A DNA stretch of 30,953 nucleotides, from the NCBI GenBank assembly GCA_949299825.1, contig CASGBP010000030.1:1-30953 (forward strand), given 5' to 3'. The translations under genes and the position numbers were made by a program. This document shows positions 23,679-30,953 of the stretch, one piece after another; positions within the stretch are counted from its first letter, which is position 1; every line of letters begins with the position of its first letter. This DNA comes from an uncultured Mycoplasmataceae bacterium. Lineage in GTDB: Bacteria; Bacillota_I; Bacilli_A; Mycoplasmatales; Mycoplasmoidaceae. A model generated the notes under the pieces. The model was given only the letters and a program-made list of their open reading frames with translations, was not told where the DNA came from and made no database searches.

Positions 23679-23946
23679 ACTTTTCTCCTATATGCCCTTA
23701 TACCTTGAGTATACGCCTCTTTTTTTGCTTATTTTAATAATTAAAAAATTGGGCATAAAACATAAGGAAAAATTATTTTTAATTTTTATGTCTTTTGATT
23801 TTAAAAAAGCCAATTTAATAGTAGTTTTCTCCCATTTTAGGTTATTTTTTTAGCTAATTCATATAATTTATCTCCACCTTTAAAAAATACAAAAATTTGT
23901 AATCAAGTAAAAAATATTTTTTAAATATTATTTAAACGTTTTTTAA

Positions 23947-23955
23947 TGATATAAT
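23947..23955 (+). promoter_or_regulatory. Extended -10 promoter (TGaTATAAT) of the small basic ORF
   Basis: TG-A-TATAAT 23 nt upstream of ATG 23979. Confidence 0.65.
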
Positions 23956-23978
23956 TATTCCATTGAAATTACAAAATT

Positions 23979-24110
23979 ATGGGTAGAAGAAGAAAAAAAG
24001 TTAGAGAACACAAAAAAGCTGTTCAACTAGAAAAAAGAATTAAAAATAAGCGTAGAAAAGATAAAATTAGGGCTAAAAAGAATAGTCAAAACAATAATAC
24101 AACTATGTAG
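23979..24110 (+). CDS. 43-aa highly basic small protein, unknown function
   Basis: MGRRRKKVREHKKAVQLEKRIKNKRRKDKIRAKKNSQNNNTTM*; 19/43 residues K or R; flanked by a promoter and a terminator; missed by the ORF track. Confidence 0.68.
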   Translation: MGRRRKKVREHKKAVQLEKRIKNKRRKDKIRAKKNSQNNNTTM

Positions 24111-24132
24111 TTTAATTTCCTTGTTTATGGAA

Positions 24133-24167
24133 AAAAAAGATACCAATTTATAGTTGGTATCTTTTTT
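24133..24167. terminator. Bidirectional intrinsic terminator between the small ORF and ahpC
   Basis: AAAAAAGATACCAA-TTTATAG-TTGGTATCTTTTTT, a perfect 14-bp inverted repeat with A and T tracts on both sides. Confidence 0.88.
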
Positions 24168-24188
24168 ATTCAAATTAATTATATATGT

Positions 24189-24782
24189 TTATAATTTCTT
24201 TGCGTTATTTTTTAAGAAATTAGCTACACCTTCAGCAGTAGGTTTCATAGCTTCTTGACCTTTTTTTCAATTTGCAGGACAAACTTCACCATGTTCTTCA
24301 ACAAATAATAATGCATCTACAAGTCTTAACATCTCATCTATGCTTCTGCCTAAAGGAAGGTCATTAACAGTAGCCTGTCTAATAACATGTTTTTTGTCAA
24401 TTAAAAAGGTTCCTCTTAATGCAATTGATTCATCAAATAGTACATCATAAGATCTTGCTATTTCTTTTTTTAAATCAGCAATAATAGGGAATTTGACATT
24501 GCCAATACCACCATTATTAACAGGAGTATTTTTTCAAGCGATATGAACAACTTCACTATCACAAGAAACACCTGCAACCTTAAATCCTCGAGATTCAAAT
24601 TCTTTTACTTTATTGTCAAAAGCAATTATTTCTGTAGGACAAACAAAAGTAAAATCTTTAGGTCAAAAAAATAGAATTAAGCCATTTTTGCCCATTAAAT
24701 CTTTTAGAGTAACTTCCTTTATTTCATTATTTTCCATAACTGCCAAAGCTTTAAAATCTGGCGCCTTATTAGTTACTAACAT
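24189..24782 (-). CDS. ahpC: Typical 2-Cys peroxiredoxin (AhpC/TsaA), 197 aa
   Basis: [12 protein letters not shown]...FFW(TGA)[16 protein letters not shown]...GGIG...ALRGTFLID...NDLPLGR...[10 protein letters not shown]. Fragmented by TGA, so absent from the track; SD AAAGGA. Confidence 0.97.
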
Positions 24783-24893
24783 ATTTTCCTTTCTACTAAC
24801 TTAATAGTATTATATACTATTTAAACTTTTCTTATTTATAAAAAATAAAGTGTGTATAATATTCTAGTGTTAAAGTTCATAAAGGGGCTTAAA

Positions 24894-25334
24894 ATGATGG
24901 ATAAATTGTTAGAAACTGCAAAAGAAGTTATTAAGAGCAAAAAAAATAATGAAATAGAATTAAGCGAATTATGGGAATTGGTATCAAAAAAATGTAATTT
25001 AAAAATAGATGATGATTTGATAAGTGATTTTTATCAAGAAATGATTGAGAATAATGAATTTATCAAAACACCAAATAATAAATGAACACTTAGAGAATTA
25101 ATTTCTCATGAGCAATACAATAGTATTTCAAAAGCTTTATTCAATAGTAATATAGATGAAGTAGAAGAAAACTTTAAGGAATTTATGTCTGAGAGTGAAA
25201 TTAAAGAACATAAAAATGGTTATAGAAATGTTGATACTGGTTCACTTGAAGTTGTTGATGATGAAGATGAAGATGATAAACCACAAGGTAAATTTGATGA
25301 TGTAATTGACGAAGAAGGTGAATATGAAGAATAG
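24894..25334 (+). CDS. rpoE: RNA polymerase delta subunit, 146 aa
   Basis: LSELWELV...ISDFYQEMIENNEFIKTPNNKW(TGA)TLRE followed by an acidic tail (DDEDEDD...EEGEYEE). Precedes fba-ychF as in M. genitalium. The start could also be 24897; TATAAT at 24855. Confidence 0.88.
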
Positions 25335-26208
25335 TGCAATTGTAAATATGAAAGAAATGCTTAAAAAGGCTAGAGTATTTAATTATGCCGTTGCACAAAT
25401 TAATACTAATAACTTTGAATGAACTGCTGCAATCCTAGAAGCAGCTCAAGAATCATCTTCTCCTGTCATAATTGGTGTGTCTGAAGGTGCAGCTAAGTAC
25501 ATGTGAGGCTACAAAAATATTGTTGATATGGTAAACAATATGATTAAGCAAGGAAAAATAACTGTACCAGTTGCTTTACATTTAGATCATGGGTCATATG
25601 ATGCATGTGTTGAAGCACTTGAGGCAGGTTTTAGTTCAATTATGTATGATGGAAGTTCATTACCAATTAGTGAAAATTTAATTAATACAAGTAATATTTT
25701 AAAAATTGCAAAAAAATATGATGCATCTGTTGAAGTTGAAGTAGGTGGAATTGGTGGTACAGAAGATGGTAAAACTAGTACTGGAGAAATAGCAGACATT
25801 GAAGAATGTTTAAAAATGTCTAAATTGCCAATTGATGCTTTAGCTGTTGCAGTTGGTTCAATTCATGGAATTTATCCTAAATCTTGAAAATCATTGGATT
25901 TTGAATTACTAAGTGATGTATCATCCTTAATTAATTTACCATTAGTACTACATGGTGGTTCAGGAATTCCAATCGATCAAATTAAACGTTCAATTGCTAA
26001 TGGAATATCAAAGATTAATGTTAATACTGAGTGTCAATTAGCTTTTGCACAAGCAGTTAGAAAATATGTTGAATCAAAAAAAGATTTGGATACTAAAGCT
26101 AAAGGTTATGATCCTAGAAAAATGTTAGCTCCTGGAAAAGAAGCAATCAAGCGAGTTTGCATTCAAAAATTCAAAGAATTTGGTTCTTATGGAATAATTA
26201 AGGATTAA
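25324..26208 (+). CDS. fba: Class II fructose-bisphosphate aldolase, 294 aa
   Basis: YAVAQINTNN, SPVIIGVSEGA, VPVALHLDHG, SIMYDGS, VEVEVGGIGGTEDG, GSIHGIY, LVLHGGSG, KINVNTE, YDPRK. Confidence 0.97.
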
Positions 26209-26211
26209 TTA

Positions 26212-27315
26212 ATGAATTTATCAACTGGAATAATTGGTCTTCCTAACGTAGGAAAATCTACCCTTTTTAATGCTATTACAAATTCACAAGTTGAAGCTGC
26301 AAATTATCCTTTTGCTACCATTGAACCAAATATAGGAATTGTAAACTTGGCTGATAAAAGACTAGATAAATTAAGTGAAATAGTAAAACCTGAAAAAACC
26401 ATTTACTCATTAGTAAAATTTGTTGATATTGCTGGATTAGTTAAAGGTGCAAGTAATGGAGAAGGTTTAGGTAATAAATTCCTTCAAAATATTAGAGATG
26501 TTGATGCTATTATACATGTTGTAAGGTGCTTTGAGGATCCAAATATTACCCATGTAAATAATAAGGTTAATCCTATTGATGATGTTGAAATAATAAACCT
26601 TGAATTAATTCTTTCTGATCTAGAAATAGTTAATAATAGGATAAACAAAATAAAAAAAAGTGTCACTGCTAATAAGGATAAAACACTTACTTCTGAATAT
26701 GATGTTTTAAATAAAATACTAAAATGTTTGGAAGAAAATAAATTAGCAATTGAAGCAAATTTAAATAAGGAAGAAATTGCTATCATCAAAAATTTTAATT
26801 TAATTACAATAAAACCTTATATGTTTGTTGCTAATGTTGATGAATTAAGTATTAATGATCAATCAAATAACAAATATTTTCAACAATTAAAAGAATATGC
26901 AGATAAAAAGAACATAAAAATAATTCCAATAAGTGCCAAAATTGAATCTGAAATATCAACTATGAATAAGGATGATCAAGTTGTATTTTTGAAAGAATTA
27001 GGAATTGATGAATCAGGACTAAATAAGGTTATTAGGAATGCTTTTGAATTATTAAATCTTTGTACATTTTTTACAGTTGGCAAAAAAGAAGTTAGATCAT
27101 GAATATTTAAGAAAAATAGTTTAGCACCTGAATGTGCTGGTATTATTCATTCTGACTTTGAACGAGGTTTTATTAAGGTAGAAATTATTAAATATGATGA
27201 TTTTATCCATTTTAAAAGTGAACAAGCAGTCAAAGATGCCGGCAAATTAAATGTTGAAGGTAAAAATTATCAAATGCAAGATGGTGACATTTGTAACTTT
27301 AAGTTTAATGTATAG
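26212..27315 (+). CDS. ychF: Redox-regulated ATPase YchF, 367 aa
   Basis: GIIGLPNVGKSTLFN, ANYPFATIEPN, DIAGLVKGASNGEGLGNKFL; reads through TGA 27100 to AGIIHSDFERGFI...YQMQDGDICNFKFNV*. Confidence 0.97.
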
Positions 27316-27327
27316 AAAGGAAAATAT

Positions 27328-27981
27328 ATGGCTAAGTTCCGAGCACTAACCCTACCTAGTGGATGAATAGAAGTAATTTGTGGTCCTATGTTTGCTGGAA
27401 AGACAGAGGAATTAATTAGAAAACTAAAACGACTTGAATATGCTGATGTAGAGTACATAGTATTTAAACCTAAAATTGACACAAGAAGCAATAATCAAAT
27501 AAAATCACGAAATGGTTTTTCAAATGTGGCAATCGAAATATCAAATCCATATAAAATCTTAGAATACTTAATGAATGATAAAAACACATATAAAGTGGTA
27601 GCAATTGATGAAGCACAATTTTTTGACGAAAATTTAACTGATGTGTGTGATATTCTGGCAAATCATGGTTATGTAGTTATGGTAGCTGGACTAGATAGAG
27701 ATTTTAGGGGCGAAGCCTTTGGACCTATTCCTTCATTACTAACTAAAGCTGATATTATTCATAAACTAACAGCTATTTGTACCGAATGTGGTGCACCAGC
27801 TACAATGACACAAAGATTAATTGAAAATGTTCCAGCTGACTATAATTCAAAACTAGTATTAATTGGTAATAGTGAAAGTTATGCTCCAAGATGTAGACAT
27901 TGTCATCAAGTTCCAGGTAAGAAAATGAATGAAACTCAAAAGAAATTTATTAATTTTACCGGTAAACTTAGAAATCATTAG
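27328..27981 (+). CDS. tdk: Thymidine kinase, 217 aa
   Basis: ATG 27328 with SD AAAGGA; GW(TGA)IEVICGPMFAGKTEEL, AIDEAQFF, GLDRDFRGEAFG, CTECG, YAPRCRHC. Confidence 0.97.
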
Positions 27982-28000
27982 TTTTATTCTAAAAACTTAA

Positions 28001-28009
28001 TGCTATAAT
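28001..28009 (+). promoter_or_regulatory. Extended -10 (TGcTATAAT) of the nitroreductase gene
   Basis: TG-C-TATAAT 29 nt before the ATG; SD GGAG at about 28028. Confidence 0.6.
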
Positions 28010-28038
28010 CAAAATTTCTAAGTAAATGGAGAGAATTT

Positions 28039-28773
28039 ATGTATAAAAAAATGATTGAAAGAAATTCAATAAGAAAATTTGAAAAATATGATATGCAAGA
28101 AGAAGAATTAAACAAATTTATTGATATTGTCAATGCTTCACCTACTTCAATAAATGGAAATCATTTTTCATGTATTTTTATCACTGATCAAGATTTGAAA
28201 AACCAATTGTCAATTATTGGATTTAGTCAAACACATATTAGAGAGTGTTCAATTTTTGCAGTGTTTTTAATTGATTTAACAACTATTGTTATGGCATATG
28301 AAAATTCTTGTGAATATACATTACATAATGAATCAATTCCAAATCTAATTTTATCAAGTATAGTGGATGCAACAATAGCTGCAACTATGTTACAAGATTA
28401 TGCAATTAGTCAAAATTATGGAACATGTTGAATTGGAGCAATAAGATCAGATATGGAGAAAGCAAAACAAATTTTAAATTTACCTAATTATATCTTTCCA
28501 TTTGTTGCTTTATGTATTGGTAAAAATAAACAAGAAAAAGTAACTAAAAACAAATTAAATAAAGTGTTTGTTAATAAATATTCTGAAGCTGAATATAAGC
28601 AAAGAATTATTGATTATGATAATAAATCTAAGGATGATTTATACACAAGATCTTTCTTTGAAAGAATTCAACAGTTCTATGCTTTTAATAGTAAATATAT
28701 TAATGAAATGAATCTTGAAGAAATCAATAGGATGTTAAGTTCATCAACATATATAAATTTATTTAAAAAATAA
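28039..28773 (+). CDS. Nitroreductase / NADPH-flavin oxidoreductase family (NfsA-like), 244 aa
   Basis: ERNSIRKF, ASPTSINGNHFSCIFITD, VDATIAA, YGTCW(TGA)IGAIR, ILNLPNYIFPFVALCIG. Confidence 0.88.
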
Positions 28774-28774
28774 T

Positions 28775-30526
28775 TTATTTACTAATAACTTTAATTTGTA
28801 ATTCTTCTAGTTCCTTTTCTGGTACTTGACTTGGTGCATTGGTCATTAAATCAACAGAAGATGAATTTTTTGGAAATGCAATGACTTCTCTAATGCTTTT
28901 TGAATTGGTTAATAACATAATTAATCTATCAATTCCTAAAGCAATTCCACCATGAATTGGAGTTCCATATCTTAATGCCTCCATAAAAAATCCAAATTTA
29001 TTTTCTATTTCTTCAGATTTTAAATTCAATGATTTAAACATTCTTTCTTGAATGTTTCTATCATGAATTCTTATTGAACCACCACCAATTTCAAAACCAT
29101 TTAATACAATGTCATAACTTCTAGACCTTGCACTTATAAAATCCTTATCAAAAGTATCTAAATATTCAATTGCAGGACTAGTAAATGGATGGTGAGCAGC
29201 AACATAACGTTTTTCGTTTTCATCATATTCATATAATGGTCAATTAACAATTCAAACAAAAGAAAAATCATTATCCTTAACTAGGTTACAAACTTTTGCT
29301 AATTCATTTCTAACTGCACCCAATGCCTTTTTACAAATATTTCTTTCATCTGCTACAAAAAAGAATGTACCAGAAGTAGATGATTCATTCTTTAATAATT
29401 CTTCAATCAAATGAGATTCAATGTTCTTTGCAATAGATCCTTCTATGATTTTATTTTTGTCTACTTTTACTCAAGCTAAACCTTTTGCTTTATTATCTTT
29501 TGCTATTTTTTCTAAATATTTTATGTTGTTCTTATTTACATCTTTATCAACAAATAAATAGTTAATTTGTTTGTTATCCTCAATAATTTTTCTAAAAATA
29601 TTGAACTCAGTTGATTTAAATACATTAGTACAATCCTTAATTAATACATCAAATCTTAAATCTGGTTTATCGCTTCCATAATATTCAATAGCATAATCAT
29701 AATCCATTCTTTTAAAAGGAATATTAATTTCTATATTTAAAACCTCTTTTAATGCCTTTTGGATAATTTCTTCAATAATTGTTTGTATTGTTAATTCATC
29801 AACAAAACACATTTCTACATCTAATTGAGTAAATTCTGGTTGTCTATCTAATCTTAAATCCTCACAACGAAAACATTTTGCTATTTGAAAATATCTTTCT
29901 AGTCCTGATATCATTAATAATTGTTTGTATAGTTGTGGAGATTGAGGTAGAGCATAGAAATTACCTTTTCCATTAATTGATGGAACTATATAATCCTTCG
30001 ATCCTTCAGGAGTTGGTTTACATAATATAGGTGTTTCTATTTCAAAAAAATTTAGATTAGTTAGTGAAGATCTAAAACTATTAATAATTTTTGAACGCAA
30101 TATTAAATTTTTTCTTAATTTTTGTCGTCTTAAATCAAGATAACGATATTTTAGTCTAATCTCCTCATTAGCATCGATAAATTCATCATCAATAACAAAT
30201 GGAGTATTATCAGCTCTAGATATTATCTTAATTTCTTTTAAAATAATTTCATAATCACCTGTTTTAATGTTTTTATTTGGTGCTTCTCTTTTTTTAACTG
30301 TTCCTTTAATATTAACAACTGATTCTTTTGATAAAGTTGAAATCTCACTAAAGTATTTGCTATCATTTTGAACAACTACTTGTACTAAACCACTAATATC
30401 TACAATATCTAAAAAAATTAAATTTCCTAATTTTCGATTTTTTTTAATTCAACCAAAAATATTTACTTCAGAATCTAATTTCGCCTCATTAATATCATTG
30501 CAAAATACTCTATTTTTAATTTCCAT
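28775..30526 (-). CDS. aspS: Aspartate--tRNA ligase, 583 aa
   Basis: Frame checked. FGW(TGA)[96 protein letters not shown]. Confidence 0.98.
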
Positions 30527-30953
30527 AATAATCACCAATATTTTGTTTTAAAAAATCAATAAACTCACTAATAGATATTTTTATTTCTTCCTTGTTTTTT
30601 TCATCCTGTTTTTTTATTACTAACTTTTGTTCTTTTAATTCTTTTTCACCAATAATTACTACATATTTACACTTTTGATTTTCAGCAAATTTAAAATGTT
30701 TTTTTAATTCAAATGTATTGCTTAACATATCAGAACTATAACCATTTAATCTAATTATGTTTTGTAATAAACTAGCTGCTTTAAATGCTTCTGGTGTTAA
30801 TGGTGCAAAAACAATATTTAAATTATTATCAAAACTAAAAAAGTTAGGATTTTCATTATTAATAGCAATAATCATTCTTTCAACCCCTAATCCAAAACCA
30901 AAACCAGGTACATCTTTTCCTCCAGTTGCTTTAACTAATGAATTATATCCTCC
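30516..30953 (-). CDS. hisS: Histidine--tRNA ligase, C-terminal part (5' end outside the window)
   Basis: GGYNSLVKATGGKDVPGFGFGLGVERMI, and anticodon domain LKKHFKFA...YVVIIGEKEL; overlaps the aspS start (hisS-aspS synteny). Confidence 0.93.
   Translation of the reverse strand, partial: GGYNSLVKATGGKDVPGFGFGLGVERMIIAINNENPNFFSFDNNLNIVFAPLTPEAFKAASLLQNIIRLNGYSSDMLSNTFELKKHFKFAENQKCKYVVIIGEKELKEQKLVIKKQDEKNKEEIKISISEFIDFLKQNIGDYYGN

Noticed and set aside
23979-24110. Calling the small basic ORF rpsU (bS21)
   Set aside because: It lacks the N-terminal 'ALR/KKFKR' and 'HEY' features I recall for bS21, so I left it without a symbol.
24852-24893. Track start of rpoE at GTG 24852
   Set aside because: It overlaps the TATAAT promoter box at 24855. 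ATG 24894/24897 after a GGGG SD-like motif is more plausible.
25501-25509. fba reads YM-W(TGA)-GY where YMGG is usual
   Set aside because: A single substitution outside the metal ligands and a sense codon in code 4; not evidence of inactivation.
23548-27661. Track ORFs 23548..23853, 24613..24804, 25201..25398, 25587..25799, 26484..26789, 27270..27491 and 27470..27661
   Set aside because: Antisense shadows of the lipoprotein, ahpC, rpoE, fba, ychF and tdk genes.

Overview
AT-rich mollicute DNA that uses genetic code 4 (TGA=Trp). In-frame TGAs fall at conserved Trp positions (uppS STENW, tdk GWIEVI, ahpC FFWPKD), so the supplied ORF track splits most genes; I re-joined them by hand. The L11 sequence, the rpoE-fba-ychF order, the lipoprotein signal peptide (IVSVPLVVTSC) and lipoprotein-17-type repeats suggest the Mycoplasmoidaceae (Malacoplasma/Ureaplasma-like); this assignment is inference. 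Gene order: cdsA-uppS-frr-pyrH-tsf-rplA-rplK (minus), DUF368 (+), a membrane protein frameshifted at A10 tracts (minus), rubrerythrin-gmk-rlmN (+), a tandem C4 zinc-finger small protein (minus), a catalytically dead RNase J paralog coupled to a Walker-A-less FtsK (+). An accessory block follows: a 1679-aa repeat surface protein, a frameshifted aldo-keto reductase, a DUF885 lipoprotein, a 43-aa very basic ORF with its own promoter and terminator, and a Helicobacter-like AhpC. The window ends with rpoE-fba-ychF-tdk, a nitroreductase (+) and aspS-hisS (minus). I saw no rRNA, tRNA, CRISPR array or IS. Best leads: the UppS+DUF368 polyprenyl-phosphate cycle in a wall-less cell; the zinc-finger gene with a homopolymer-spacer promoter facing the pseudo-RNase J/pseudo-FtsK pair; the small basic protein; and apparently imported peroxide-defence genes.
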